The notes: generated from the sequence alone by a model not told the origin. Numbered from the stretch's first letter, positions 6,040 through 16,380 are shown. The stretch: 64,000 nt of DNA from Eubacteriales bacterium (GCA_045120465.1 JBGVEW010000071.1:6444-70443), one strand, 5' to 3'. A program made the numbers and translations.

Positions 6040-8232
6040 TCAATCAAGAAGCACACCCGCTGCGGGGATTTTTACTTTTTTGAGCCCCTTTGCGTCAGCG
6101 GGGATCTCATCGGGGTTGTTGGTGGCGGAGACGAGCGTCGCACCCTTCTTTAAAGTCATCAAGGTCACACCGCTTGAAGTACGGGTGGACATAAGCGGGA
6201 TGAGCGAGGATTTGATCAGGATCGCACGTCCGTCGGATGCGGTGAGCAGGATCTCCATCGGTGCCTTTTCGTAGAACGCTGCCACAACGGGAGAGGCTTT
6301 GGAAAAGGCAGAGGTCAGCTTGCGGCGGTTGCCCGTGGTCTCGTAGTTGGAGACCGATACACGCACGCCTTTGCCGTTTGCAAAGATGAATACGAAGTTC
6401 TCCTTGGCGGGGTACTTGTTTTGAATGTTCATCAAAATCGGCTTTTCGTCCGTGTCCATGTGGAGCTTAACGGGGAGATAATCGCCCAGAGCCGATGCCT
6501 TGGTGTTGTCAAAATCCTCGGCACGTGCGCGATAAAGCTGCTGATGATCGGTCAGGAAAATGAGGTTGTCGGTGTTTTGACCGTCCATCAGATTGAGGAT
6601 CTCGTCACCGTCCTTGCATTTTTGCTCGTCGTTTCCGCGCAGCGATTGGAAGGTGATCTTTTTGAAATAGCCCTCACGTGTCAAAACAAAGCGAGCGGGA
6701 TAGTTTTCGGTGTGATCTTCCTCGCGGTAAGCTGCCACGGTGTCGGCACCCACGATCTCGGTGCGTCGGGGCTGGGCGTACTTCTTTTTGATCTCGGTCA
6801 ATTGCTTAATAATGAGCGCCTTTTGCTTGAGCTCGTCCTTGAGCGTTTCCTCCATGTCCGCGATCTCCTTTTTGAGATCCTCAATTTCGGACAGACGGTT
6901 GAGGATGTACTCGCGGTTGAGGTAACGCAATTTGATCTCGGCAATAAAGTTTGCCTGGATCTCGTCAATCTCAAAGCCCTTCATCAAATTGGGAACCACG
7001 TCGGATTCCTTTTCGGTCTTGCGGATGATCTTGATCGCCTTGTCGATGTCAAGTAGGATCTTTCCAAGACCCAGCAAGAGGTGGAGCTTGTCCTTCTTTT
7101 TGCCAAGGTCGTATTTCAGCTCGCGGCGCAAGCAATCCAAACGGAATTTGATCCACTCGGTCAAAATTTCCGCCAGCCCCATCGTGCGGGGCGTGGAGTT
7201 GATCAAAACGTTAAAGTTACAACGGAAGCTATCCTCCAAGGGGGTGAGCTTAAAGAGCTTGGTCATCAGCTTGTCGGGATCGGTTCCGCGGCGGATATCG
7301 AGGGTGAGCTTGAAGCCGTTCAGGTCGATCTCGTCGCGGAAATCGGTCACTTCCTTGATTTTTCCTTCCTTATAAAGAGAGGTTAGCTTTGCCATGATCA
7401 GCTCGATCGTGGTAGAATAGGGGATCTCCACGATGTCGATGCAGCTCTGTTCCTTATCAAATACGTATTTGGCGCGGAGCTTGACCGAGCCTTGTCCCGT
7501 TTCGTAGATCTTTTTCATCTCCTCGCGGTCATAAAGGCAGACCCCGCCACCCGAAAAGTCGGGTGCCTTTACCAGCTCCATCAATTTGTCGATGGAAAGA
7601 TTGGGCTTGCGGAGAAGGGCGATCGTGCCGTCACAAATCTCTTCCAAATTAAAGGAGCAGATGTTGGATGCCATACCAACCGCAATACCCATGTTGGGCA
7701 TGACGAGAATGTTGGGGAAGGTGGTGGGGAGCAGGACGGGCTCTTTGAGGGTTGCGTCGTAGTTATCCACCATATCCACGGCATTTTTGTCGATGCCGGC
7801 AAACAGTTCCGCACAAATTGCATCGAGCTTGCACTCGGTGTAACGCGCCGCCGCATACTTCATTTCGGAGGAATATTGCTTGCCGAACGAGCCCTTGGAA
7901 TCGACCAAAGGATGCAGAAGCGTTGCGTTTCCGCGCGTCAGACGAACCATCGTTTCGTAGATGGATGCGTCACCGTGTGGGTTGAGCTTCATGGTTTGTC
8001 CTACGATGTTGGCGCTTTTGGTGCGCGCGCCGTTGAGCAGACCCATTTTATACATGGTATAAAGGAGCTTGCGATGCGAGGGCTTGAGTCCGTCGATTTC
8101 GGGAATCGCGCGGGACACGATCACGCTCATAACGTAGGGCATATAGTTTTTTTCAATGGTTTCGGTAATGGGCTGATAAATGATCGGGGCGTAAACGATC
8201 TCTTTCTTTTGCTTCTTTTGTTTTTTTGCCAT
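6040..8232 (-). CDS. parC: type IIA topoisomerase subunit A (ParC/GyrA-like, short C-terminal domain)
   Basis: 730 aa. Motifs: IPEIDGLKPSHRKLLYTMY, NPHGDASIYETMVRL, and the active-site context YAAARYTECKL. It is shorter than typical GyrA, hence topo IV-like. No B subunit is adjacent. Confidence 0.8.
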   Translation of the reverse strand: MAKKQKKQKKEIVYAPIIYQPITETIEKNYMPYVMSVIVSRAIPEIDGLKPSHRKLLYTMYKMGLLNGARTKSANIVGQTMKLNPHGDASIYETMVRLTRGNATLLHPLVDSKGSFGKQYSSEMKYAAARYTECKLDAICAELFAGIDKNAVDMVDNYDATLKEPVLLPTTFPNILVMPNMGIAVGMASNICSFNLEEICDGTIALLRKPNLSIDKLMELVKAPDFSGGGVCLYDREEMKKIYETGQGSVKLRAKYVFDKEQSCIDIVEIPYSTTIELIMAKLTSLYKEGKIKEVTDFRDEIDLNGFKLTLDIRRGTDPDKLMTKLFKLTPLEDSFRCNFNVLINSTPRTMGLAEILTEWIKFRLDCLRRELKYDLGKKKDKLHLLLGLGKILLDIDKAIKIIRKTEKESDVVPNLMKGFEIDEIQANFIAEIKLRYLNREYILNRLSEIEDLKKEIADMEETLKDELKQKALIIKQLTEIKKKYAQPRRTEIVGADTVAAYREEDHTENYPARFVLTREGYFKKITFQSLRGNDEQKCKDGDEILNLMDGQNTDNLIFLTDHQQLYRARAEDFDNTKASALGDYLPVKLHMDTDEKPILMNIQNKYPAKENFVFIFANGKGVRVSVSNYETTGNRRKLTSAFSKASPVVAAFYEKAPMEILLTASDGRAILIKSSLIPLMSTRTSSGVTLMTLKKGATLVSATNNPDEIPADAKGLKKVKIPAAGVLLD

Positions 8233-8362
8233 GCTTGGATGGTCCTTTCTATAGGGTATGGGAAGGAATACGGCGACTGTGTCACGGGATTCAATGCATG
8301 GGAGATGGCGCTTGAACGATGGAAAAACGGCATCTCCCGCACATTGAAAGGGGAAAATGCAT

Positions 8363-9397
8363 TTAAACCTTTTGTACGGTATGCGCTGCGGCTCGGATCA
8401 TGCGGTTGTAGAGGGCAAGTCCCAGCCCGTCTAAGGGGGGCAGATGTGCGTAAATGATCTCTGCGTCGGTGCGGTCTGCATCGCGCAGAGCATGGAACAA
8501 ACGGTGCGCTTGCGTCACGAGATCATCACGCGTGCCAACGGGAAAGAGAAAATGAGGATCGAGGTGTTCGACTTCTTCATCAAAGCACAGGATCGCGCAA
8601 TTACGATCCCGTTGCTCCTTTTGCAAAAAGGAAAGCACGTCCGAGGGGGTACCGTCCAAAAGAACGAGGGGAGCGGTGGGAGCATAATGACGGTACTTCA
8701 TTCCCGGGGAGAGCGGACGCTCGTTTGCCGCAAGCTGATGCGTAACGGCATCGGCAACGGTGACCTTGTCGCAAACCATGCAAAGCGCGTCGTAGGTAAT
8801 GCCGCCCGGACGCAACAAAATCAGGCTGTCACCGTCGATCTTGACGATCGTGGACTCCAGACCGATCTCACAGTCGCCTCCGTCAAGGATCATATCGACA
8901 CGCCCGTCCATGTCCTGTGCCACGTCGTCGGCACACGTAGGCGAGGGCTTGCCCGAAAGATTGGCAGAGGGAGCCGCTATGGGAAAGCCGCACAGCTCGA
9001 TCAAACGGTGCGCCACGGGGTGAGCGGGGCAACGCACCGCCACACTGTCAAGCCCTCCCGTTGTGGAATAGGGAATATTCTCTTTTTTAGGAAGGATCAC
9101 CGTCAAAGGTCCCGGCATAAACGCGCGTGCAAGACGCTCGTAGATGGGGTGCATCTCTGCGTAGAGGGCGGCATCCTCGGGGGATGCAACGTGAATGATG
9201 AGCGGATTGTCGGAGGGGCGTCCCTTTGCGGCATAGATCTTTTTTGCCGCAGTTTCGTCGGTTGCGTTTCCGCCAAGCCCATAGACCGTTTCGGTAGGAA
9301 ATACCACCAAGCCGCCGCGTTGCAAAATTTTTGCGGCACGGCAAAGGTCGCCCTCACTTTCGGTCAAGGAATGAATTTTGATATGTTCGGTTTGCAA
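8363..9397 (-). CDS. tsaC: L-threonylcarbamoyladenylate synthase (Sua5/YwlC/TsaC, long form)
   Basis: 344 aa. VVFPTETVYGLGGNA and KGRPSDNPLIIHV motifs, plus a C-terminal Sua5 domain. Start is TTG with AAGGA 9 nt upstream. Confidence 0.88.
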   Translation of the reverse strand: MQTEHIKIHSLTESEGDLCRAAKILQRGGLVVFPTETVYGLGGNATDETAAKKIYAAKGRPSDNPLIIHVASPEDAALYAEMHPIYERLARAFMPGPLTVILPKKENIPYSTTGGLDSVAVRCPAHPVAHRLIELCGFPIAAPSANLSGKPSPTCADDVAQDMDGRVDMILDGGDCEIGLESTIVKIDGDSLILLRPGGITYDALCMVCDKVTVADAVTHQLAANERPLSPGMKYRHYAPTAPLVLLDGTPSDVLSFLQKEQRDRNCAILCFDEEVEHLDPHFLFPVGTRDDLVTQAHRLFHALRDADRTDAEIIYAHLPPLDGLGLALYNRMIRAAAHTVQKV

Positions 9398-9451
9398 AAC
9401 GTTTGTCCTTTTCGCTTTTTTTAATCGGATAGAGGAAGATCAGACAGAGGG

Positions 9452-10516
9452 TTATTGCTGCTTCAGCTTTTCGGCGGTTTCCGCAGTGGCGAGTGCATCG
9501 ATCATGCCGCCGATGTCACCGTCGAGAAACCGTTCAAGGGAGTGCAGGGTCAGCCCGATTCGGTGATCGGTAATGCGCCCTTGCGGATAATTGTAGGTGC
9601 GGATGCGTTCGCTGCGGTCACCCGTTCCAACCTGCGCACGGCGGTCAGAGGCGATGGATTCCTCTTGCTCGCGTTGCTTTTGATCGTACAGGATCGCGCG
9701 GAGCATTTTGAGTGCCTTGTCCTTGTTTTTAAACTGACTCCGTTCCTCCTGACATTCCACCACAATTCCCGTTGGGAGATGCGTCAGACGAACGGCGGAT
9801 TCGGTCTTGTTGATATGCTGACCGCCCGCACCGCTGGACTTACAGGATTCAAACAGCAGGTCGGAGGGGTTGATCTCAATCGACACTTCTTCCACCTCGG
9901 GAAGAACCGCAACCGTTGCGGTAGAGGTTTGAATCCGTCCCTGCGATTCGGTTTCGGGAACGCGTTGAACGCGATGCACGCCACTCTCAAACTTGAGACG
10001 GGAATACGCGCCCTCGCCCTCCACCATAAAGGCGAGTTGGCGGTAGCCGCCAAGCTCGGTTGGGGTAGAGGACATCATGGACGTGCGGAATCCCGCGGAG
10101 GTTGCGTACATCGTGTACATGCGGTAAAGCACCGCAGCAAACAACGCGGCTTCCTCTCCGCCTGCTCCGGCGCGGATCTCCATAATGACGTTTTTGTCGT
10201 CGTTGGGATCTTTGGGAAGAAGCAGGAGGGTCAATTCACGCGTGAGGTCTTCGACCTCTGCCTTGGCATCCCTTAATTCCTCGGATGCCAGCGCGCGCAA
10301 TTCCGCGTCGGTACTATCCTCCAGAAGTTCAAGTGCCTCACCGATGCGGGCGTTGGCACTTTTGTAGGAACGGTAGGTTTCGATCAAGGGCGTGAGAGAC
10401 TTATATTCCTTGGAGACCTGTGCGATCTTTTGGGGATCGGAGGCAAGAGAAGGATCCGAAAGAGAAGCCTCCAGATGCAAATATTTTTCTTCGGTTTCCT
10501 GCAATTTTTGAAGCAT
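9452..10516 (-). CDS. prfA: peptide chain release factor 1
   Basis: 354 aa. GGQ motif (SGAGGQHINKTESAVRLTHLPTG) and an RF1-type P-x-T tripeptide region (RVPETESQGRIQTST). GGAG RBS. Confidence 0.95.
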   Translation of the reverse strand: MLQKLQETEEKYLHLEASLSDPSLASDPQKIAQVSKEYKSLTPLIETYRSYKSANARIGEALELLEDSTDAELRALASEELRDAKAEVEDLTRELTLLLLPKDPNDDKNVIMEIRAGAGGEEAALFAAVLYRMYTMYATSAGFRTSMMSSTPTELGGYRQLAFMVEGEGAYSRLKFESGVHRVQRVPETESQGRIQTSTATVAVLPEVEEVSIEINPSDLLFESCKSSGAGGQHINKTESAVRLTHLPTGIVVECQEERSQFKNKDKALKMLRAILYDQKQREQEESIASDRRAQVGTGDRSERIRTYNYPQGRITDHRIGLTLHSLERFLDGDIGGMIDALATAETAEKLKQQ

Positions 10517-10546
10517 GGAGGCTCCTTTCCAATCGGATTTGATCGA

Positions 10547-11926
10547 TCAATCGAAGTTGTAGAACGCCTTAAATGCGCGGTAAGCCTCATAGAGGTCAAC
10601 CTTGGAGATCAGCTCGTAGGGGGCGTGCATGGAGAGAACGCCGACCCCGATGTCCACGGTGTCGATATTGTGCTTTGCCAGGAATTTTGCAACCGTTCCG
10701 CCGCCACCGATGTCGGTTTTGCCAAGCTCGGAGGTCTGCCAAACGACGCCTGCTTCATTCAGGCAACGGCGAACCCAGCCAACGAGCTCTGCGCTCGCGT
10801 CGGAGGTTCCGCTCTTACCACCGCTTCCGGTGTACTTGCAAAGGCTGACACCGCAGGAAAGCAGAGAAGAGTTACGATATTCGTACACGTCCGAGAAATT
10901 GGGGTCGTAAACCGCGGTAACGTCGCTGGAGAGGCACTTGGAGTTTGCTCTGACAGCGGCTTCGTTTCCGCCCAACGCCTTTGCGATCTCGCGGATCAGG
11001 TCAACGATCAAAAGGCTTTGCATACCGGTCACACCGTCGCTTCCGGTCTCTTCCTTATCAACGAGCAGGCACATGGTGGTGTGCTTTGCTTCGTCCGCGT
11101 CGATGATCGCGGTCAGAGAGGGATATGCGCAAACGCGGTCGTCGTGACCGTAAGCCGAGATCATGGAGCGATCAAAGCCAACGTCGCGCGCCTTGCCTGC
11201 GGGAACGATGCAAAGCTCTGCAGAGAGGAAATCCTCCTCGGTGATGCCGTAGTTGTTCCACAGATATTCGAGAACGCCCATCTTGATGGCATCCTTGTCT
11301 TCACCGTCCAAGGGCTTGCTGCCGACCAGAATGTTCAGACGCTCTGCGGGGAATGCTTCTCTGACGTTTTTGGCAACTTCTTTTGCTGCCAGGTGAGGGA
11401 GCAGATCAGTGATATACATCACGGGATCGGTCTCGTTTTCACCGATGGTTACGTTTACGGAGGTTCCGTCTTGCTTAATGACGACACCGTGGAGAGCCAG
11501 AGGCATTGCGAGCCACTGATACTTGCGGATGCCGCCGTAGTAGTGGGTCTTGAGGAAGCACATGCCGCCCTCCTCGTAAACGGGAACCTGCTTGAGGTCG
11601 AGACGAGGGGAGTCGATGTGTGCCGCAGTAATGCGGATACCGTTATTGATGTCCTCCGATCCGATGCGGAACAGGAAGATGTTTTTGCCGCGGTTGTTGT
11701 AATAGAACTTGTCGCCCGCCTTCATTTCCTGACCGAACGTATAAGGACGGTATCCTGCTGCTTCCGCAATCTTGACACCCTCGGTGACTGCCTCGCGCTC
11801 GGTTTTGGATGCGTCAAGGAACTTTACGTAGTCCTTTGCATACTCGTATGCCTCGGCTACGATTGCTTCACCCGCTTTTTCATAAACGGTCTTTTTTTCA
11901 TAAACGTACTCTTTTTTGTCTGCCAT
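10547..11926 (-). CDS. M18-family aminopeptidase
   Basis: I moved the start to ATG 11926 (MADKKEYVYEKK...), which has AAGGAG 8 nt upstream. Motifs: AAHIDSPRLDLKQ, KTHYYGGIRKYQW, YGHDDRVCAY, VDKEETGSDG. Confidence 0.8.
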   Translation of the reverse strand: MADKKEYVYEKKTVYEKAGEAIVAEAYEYAKDYVKFLDASKTEREAVTEGVKIAEAAGYRPYTFGQEMKAGDKFYYNNRGKNIFLFRIGSEDINNGIRITAAHIDSPRLDLKQVPVYEEGGMCFLKTHYYGGIRKYQWLAMPLALHGVVIKQDGTSVNVTIGENETDPVMYITDLLPHLAAKEVAKNVREAFPAERLNILVGSKPLDGEDKDAIKMGVLEYLWNNYGITEEDFLSAELCIVPAGKARDVGFDRSMISAYGHDDRVCAYPSLTAIIDADEAKHTTMCLLVDKEETGSDGVTGMQSLLIVDLIREIAKALGGNEAAVRANSKCLSSDVTAVYDPNFSDVYEYRNSSLLSCGVSLCKYTGSGGKSGTSDASAELVGWVRRCLNEAGVVWQTSELGKTDIGGGGTVAKFLAKHNIDTVDIGVGVLSMHAPYELISKVDLYEAYRAFKAFYNFD

Positions 11927-11957
11927 AGTGGTAGCTCCTTTGCTTTTAGGTATAATT

Positions 11958-12557
11958 TCAATAATATAATTTTGTATAAAGTGCAACGGCTTTTCGCATT
12001 TGCTCGACAAAATCCTTTGCCGCGGCATCGGGAATTTGTGAGAGCGTTCCACCGTCGTTCGTATATGCGGGATCTTTCAGCCATGCATCCACCGTTTTCT
12101 CATCGGTTGCCCAGGCGGCAAAAACCGTATCCCAGACACCGTAGCGGTGATAGAGGTGGGAAAGATATGCCGCACCGCTTTGCAGATTGGTGGCGGGATC
12201 GTAGAGCATACCGCCCTCGATAGGGGGGAGCTCCAAAATCTCTTTGCGGATCTGTGCAAAACGGTCGGGATGGATCTGTAACAACCCGATGCTCCCGTCC
12301 TCGCCCTTTGCGTTGCTTGCAAAATTGCTCTCGACGCAAGCGCTTGCCCAAAGGATCGCTTCGGGGAGCGCGTATTCCTGCGCGTTTTGCGCAATTTCTT
12401 CCCGAAATTCCTCGGGGCGCGGATGGGTATGCTTTTCCCATGCGGTTAAGATCCCGTCAAAGGCAAAGCCAAAGCCGACCGATGCGGCAAGAATGGCAAG
12501 AAGGATCAAAAGATGCTTCAAATTCAGTCGCAAGGCGAGATGACCCCCGTTTCCCAA
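11958..12557 (-). CDS. membrane-anchored lytic transglycosylase (SLT domain)
   Basis: N-terminal TM helix (LLILLAILAASVGFGFAF). SLT catalytic region ACVESNFASNAKGEDGSIGLLQI with a Glu-Ser motif. The start is uncertain: TTG at 12557 overlaps coaE by 34 nt, and an alternative TTG lies at 12521. Confidence 0.72.
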   Translation of the reverse strand: MGNGGHLALRLNLKHLLILLAILAASVGFGFAFDGILTAWEKHTHPRPEEFREEIAQNAQEYALPEAILWASACVESNFASNAKGEDGSIGLLQIHPDRFAQIRKEILELPPIEGGMLYDPATNLQSGAAYLSHLYHRYGVWDTVFAAWATDEKTVDAWLKDPAYTNDGGTLSQIPDAAAKDFVEQMRKAVALYTKLYY

Positions 12558-13132
12558 AGAATTTTACGAACCTCGGGGATCAGATTTTCCAACGAGCCGT
12601 TGTTTTCAATAATATAGTCGGAGTGTGTGCGGAAATATTCGTCGCTCTTTTGTGACGCAAAGCGTCGCAAAATGCGTTCGGGATCGATGCGGTCTCTTTG
12701 CAGGATTCGTTCGAGCCGCAAGGACTTGTCCGCCAGAACCGAAACGATCGCGGAGCAGAGACGGTGTGCGCCCGCCTCAAATAACTGAGGAGCATCCAAC
12801 AGTGCCGCCCGAACGTTGCGGCGGCGAAGCTGCTCCAATTGACGCTCGATTTCTTCCATGATAAAGCTGTGCGAAATGGAGTTTAAGGTTTCCAGTGCGG
12901 CGGGATTTGCAAAAACGATCTGCGAAAGCTTGGGGCGGTCGAGCGTACCGTCGGGGGCAAGGATATCCCGCCCGAACTGCGCGGTCAGCGCGTTGAGACA
13001 GTAGGATGGGGGGACGAGGATTTGATGATATACCTCGTCCGCATTGATCACGGGGAGCCCGTATTTTGCAAACAACTCCGAAACCGTGCTTTTTCCGGCG
13101 CCGCTGGGTCCCGTTAAGCCGATGACTAACAC
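12524..13132 (-). CDS. coaE: dephospho-CoA kinase
   Basis: MLVIGLTGPSGAGKSTVSELF (P-loop) with typical CoaE length and layout. GTG start with GGAGG 7 nt upstream. Overlaps the stop of the upstream gene. Confidence 0.9.
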   Translation of the reverse strand: MLVIGLTGPSGAGKSTVSELFAKYGLPVINADEVYHQILVPPSYCLNALTAQFGRDILAPDGTLDRPKLSQIVFANPAALETLNSISHSFIMEEIERQLEQLRRRNVRAALLDAPQLFEAGAHRLCSAIVSVLADKSLRLERILQRDRIDPERILRRFASQKSDEYFRTHSDYIIENNGSLENLIPEVRKILWETGVISPCD

Positions 13133-14274
13133 TTGGGCACCTCCATTCTTACACCGCGTGCAAGATCCGAGCGATACGCCGCGTCCATCACGTTCTGAAC
13201 GTACAGACCGTCCGACAGAGAAGGTGCGAACGTCTGTCCGTCAGCAACCGCGGAAAGAAAGGCGTGCATACTCGCAAGGTGACCGTACAGCCAGCCTGCG
13301 GGGGCTTTTACAGAGGGGAATACCAGTCCGGGATAGCGTCCGATGCATTCGATACGCGTAAATCCGCGCTCACCGCCAATGGGGGAGTCGGTTGCGGTAT
13401 GATCGTAAAAGTAGAGCCAGTTTGGCTCCATCAAGGAAAAGCGCAAGGCACCCTTATCTCCGTAAATTTCAAAAGCGAGATCGTCGTTGGTTCCCACCTG
13501 AAGCTTGCCGACCGCAATCGAACCGCACGCACCGCTCTCGGTTTTTCCAAGCAGATAAAAGGATTCGTCTGCGTTGGTGCTCCAAAGCGAGCCGTCGCGC
13601 CCGGTGCGAACGGGGTAAGCGATCTGCGACATTCCGCTCACCTCACAGAGCCTACCGCAGAGAAATCCCAACAGATCGATGACGTGAGAGCCGAGATCAA
13701 AGAGGACGCCGCCACCGCAAACGGTGCGGTCTTGCTTCCAGCCTGCGGGGCGTGAGACGTCGGTGGCACTGCTGTGAAGGTATTTGCCCTCAAAGGAAAG
13801 AATGCGCCCAAGTCGCCCCTCGTCGATCAGTTGTTTTGCGCGAAGCACCGGGGAGAGCCAACGATTGTTGAATACCATACCGCAAACCTGCCCCTCCTTT
13901 AAGGGGAGCGAGGCGATTTCACGGGCCTCCTCCGGGGTTGTACAAAGCGGCTTTTCGCAAAGCACGTGCTTGCCCGCAAGGATTGTTTTTTTCAAGGTTT
14001 CAAAGTGATAAAGATTAGGCGTACAAATATCAATGATGTCAATATTGGGATCATTGATCAGCGCGTCCTCGTCTGTGGTTGCATACGGAATGGAAAACTG
14101 CTTTGCCACCCGTGCGGATTTTTCCGCGGTTGTGGTGCACACTCCTGCAACCGACGCGCAAAACGGAAGCTCTCCGTAAAAGAAGGGAAGATTTTGTACC
14201 GCCCAGGTATGCGTTCTTCCCATGGACCCAAAGCCCAGCAAGCCGATGCGAAGTGTTTTGATTGGTTGCTCCAT
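13126..14274 (-). CDS. Gfo/Idh/MocA-family NAD(P)-dependent oxidoreductase
   Basis: 382 aa. N-terminal Rossmann motif LRIGLLGFGSMGRTH and the EKP motif (HVLCEKPL). Confidence 0.85.
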   Translation of the reverse strand: MEQPIKTLRIGLLGFGSMGRTHTWAVQNLPFFYGELPFCASVAGVCTTTAEKSARVAKQFSIPYATTDEDALINDPNIDIIDICTPNLYHFETLKKTILAGKHVLCEKPLCTTPEEAREIASLPLKEGQVCGMVFNNRWLSPVLRAKQLIDEGRLGRILSFEGKYLHSSATDVSRPAGWKQDRTVCGGGVLFDLGSHVIDLLGFLCGRLCEVSGMSQIAYPVRTGRDGSLWSTNADESFYLLGKTESGACGSIAVGKLQVGTNDDLAFEIYGDKGALRFSLMEPNWLYFYDHTATDSPIGGERGFTRIECIGRYPGLVFPSVKAPAGWLYGHLASMHAFLSAVADGQTFAPSLSDGLYVQNVMDAAYRSDLARGVRMEVPKC

Positions 14275-14448
14275 ACGACGTGTTTCCTTTCTTTTCGAAG
14301 ATTTTTGAAGCGATATCGCCGCGCATAGACTCTTGGCGCATATCTATTCATTATATTATACCGCATTTTTTTGATTTTTGCAAGGGGGTATTCCGCTTTT
14401 ATTTGTAAAAACCTTTCCCGAAAAATGCGATTTTTCAAAACTTTTATA

Positions 14449-14477
14449 TTGCAATTTTGAAATAAAGAGAGTATAAT
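14449..14477 (+). promoter_or_regulatory. sigma-A-type promoter for murB-whiA-dnaE
   Basis: TTGCAA (14449-14454), 17 nt spacer, TATAAT (14472-14477). It lies 37 nt upstream of the murB ATG. Confidence 0.45.
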
Positions 14478-14513
14478 ATAATTAGATTATTATTGCTTGC
14501 GGGAGGAAAGGAT

Positions 14514-15410
14514 ATGAAACTGTTGACGGATGTGTTGGCCGATGCGAAAATCGAATACCAAACCGATCTGCCGCTATGCGATTGCAGTAGCTTTCGTATC
14601 GGAGGGGCTGCGGAGCTTGCCGTCCTTCCTCACAGCAAGGAGGAGCTGGTGCAGGCATTGACGATTTTGCGCAAGCACAAGGTGCCCGTTACGGTCATCG
14701 GTTGTGCCAGCAACGTGGTGTTTCCCGATGAAGGGCTTGGCGGTGCCGTTCTCTTTACGGGGGGATGCCGCGCCGTTTCCATCGAAGGGGAGAGCATTTA
14801 TGCCGACTCGGGAGTAAGACTCGGTACGCTTGCGGCGGCGGCAAGAGACGCATCTTTGAGCGGTGCGGAATTCCTTTACGGAATTCCGGGTACACTTGGC
14901 GGCGCGGTCTTTATGAACGCGGGTGCTTTTGGCGGCTGCATGGCGGATATTTGCGTGGAATCCGAATATTACGATCTGCAAACCGGCAGAGTGGGAGTGT
15001 TGCGCGGTGAGGAACAGGGCTTTGGCACGAGAGAGAGCGTTTACGGACAAAATCCGTCCTACGTGATCCTCGGTGCGCGCATGAAGCTGTGCCAAGGGGA
15101 TTCTTCGGCAATTGCCGACACGATGAAAGAATACCTGGAGCGCAGACGCGCGACACAGCCGCTGGATTATCCAAGTGCCGGAAGCGTGTTCAAACGCCCC
15201 GTTGGACATTTTGCAGGAAAGCTGATCGAGGACTGCGGTTTGAAAGGAATGCGCATCGGCGGCGCTGAGGTCTCTCCAAAGCACGCGGGCTTTATCGTGA
15301 ACCGTGGGGATGCCACCGCACGCGACGTCAGAGAATTGACCGAGGCGGTTCAAAAAACGGTGCTGGAAATGACGGGTGTGCAATTGGAACGTGAGATCCG
15401 TTTTCTGTAA
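14514..15410 (+). CDS. murB: UDP-N-acetylenolpyruvoylglucosamine reductase
   Basis: Start at ATG 14514 (GGAGGAAAGG upstream). N-terminal FAD-binding PCMH-type region. The PSAGSVFKRP and GGAEVSPKHAGFIVN motifs are typical of MurB. Confidence 0.92.
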   Translation: MKLLTDVLADAKIEYQTDLPLCDCSSFRIGGAAELAVLPHSKEELVQALTILRKHKVPVTVIGCASNVVFPDEGLGGAVLFTGGCRAVSIEGESIYADSGVRLGTLAAAARDASLSGAEFLYGIPGTLGGAVFMNAGAFGGCMADICVESEYYDLQTGRVGVLRGEEQGFGTRESVYGQNPSYVILGARMKLCQGDSSAIADTMKEYLERRRATQPLDYPSAGSVFKRPVGHFAGKLIEDCGLKGMRIGGAEVSPKHAGFIVNRGDATARDVRELTEAVQKTVLEMTGVQLEREIRFL

Positions 15411-15466
15411 CAACCCCTGTTTTTAAGCACGTGATATGCAAAATACGAGAAGAAGGAGAAAAACAG

Positions 15467-16354
15467 ATGTCGTTTGCCGATACCTTGCGGGAAGAGCTGT
15501 GTGAATTAAACGTCAAAAAAAACTGTTGCCGTCGCGCGTTTGTCGCGGGATTTTTGGTGAACGGAATAAGAGATTCGGCGACGCACGTTTCTCTCCGTTG
15601 CCGATATCAAACGGTCGTGCCTGTGGTATCCGAGCAGATCGCCAAGCTCTACGTCAAAGCTCCCACGGTGACGGAGGTGGGCAATCACGGTCACCGATAT
15701 TGGGATCTTTCCATTACCTCTGCATCCTGTGCCAAGCTTGTGACACAGCTTCAGGAAAAGGGGGCAAATCACGAGGCACTTTTGCATCTGGATGCCTGCG
15801 AGAGCTGCCGTTCTGCGTATCTGCGCGGCTTGTTCCTTTCGAGCGGAAACGTAAGCGACCCGCAAAAGACCTCGCATTTGGAATTTACAATGTTGGGCGA
15901 AACGATTGCCGACGGCGTTTTCTTGACGCTGGAATCCATGGGGTGCCCACCCAAACGCATCCAACGCGCGGGGGGGATCGGTCTGTACTACAAAAACGCC
16001 GATGCCGTGGGGGATCTGATCACTCTGATGGGCTCGCACAGCATTATTTTTGAGGTCTATAATGCCCGCATTGCGCGGGATATCCGCAATAACGAAAACC
16101 GCGCTACCAATTGCGTAGCGAGAAATATTCAAAAATCCGTTTCCGCCGCCGCGCGGCAGATGGAAGCGATTGGGAAACTCATGGAGCACGGAAAGCTGGA
16201 TACCTTGGAGGAGCCCTTGCGCATCACGGCAATGCTTCGATACCGCAATCCCGATGCCACGTTGGATGAATTAAAGGAATTGCACACCCCGCCCATTTCC
16301 AAATCGGGGCTTAATCACCGCTTGCAAAAATTGATCGACGCGGCGCAAAAATAA
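15467..16354 (+). CDS. whiA: DNA-binding sporulation/cell-division regulator WhiA
   Basis: Start MSFADTLREELCEL... with AAGGAG upstream. LAGLIDADG-like middle region and a C-terminal HTH (PISKSGLNHRLQKL). Confidence 0.9.
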   Translation: MSFADTLREELCELNVKKNCCRRAFVAGFLVNGIRDSATHVSLRCRYQTVVPVVSEQIAKLYVKAPTVTEVGNHGHRYWDLSITSASCAKLVTQLQEKGANHEALLHLDACESCRSAYLRGLFLSSGNVSDPQKTSHLEFTMLGETIADGVFLTLESMGCPPKRIQRAGGIGLYYKNADAVGDLITLMGSHSIIFEVYNARIARDIRNNENRATNCVARNIQKSVSAAARQMEAIGKLMEHGKLDTLEEPLRITAMLRYRNPDATLDELKELHTPPISKSGLNHRLQKLIDAAQK

Positions 16355-16380
16355 AGAACACGAAATACAAGGAGAACAGC

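Noticed and set aside
10430-12223. 597-aa plus-strand ORF
   Set aside because: It is antisense to the M18 aminopeptidase and SLT genes, both of which have clear family motifs and RBSs. It is a shadow ORF.
14275-14513. Replication origin at the strand-orientation switch (minus-strand genes on the left, plus-strand genes on the right)
   Set aside because: There are no TTATCCACA-like DnaA boxes and no dnaA or dnaN nearby. The AT-rich spacer is adequately explained by divergent promoters.
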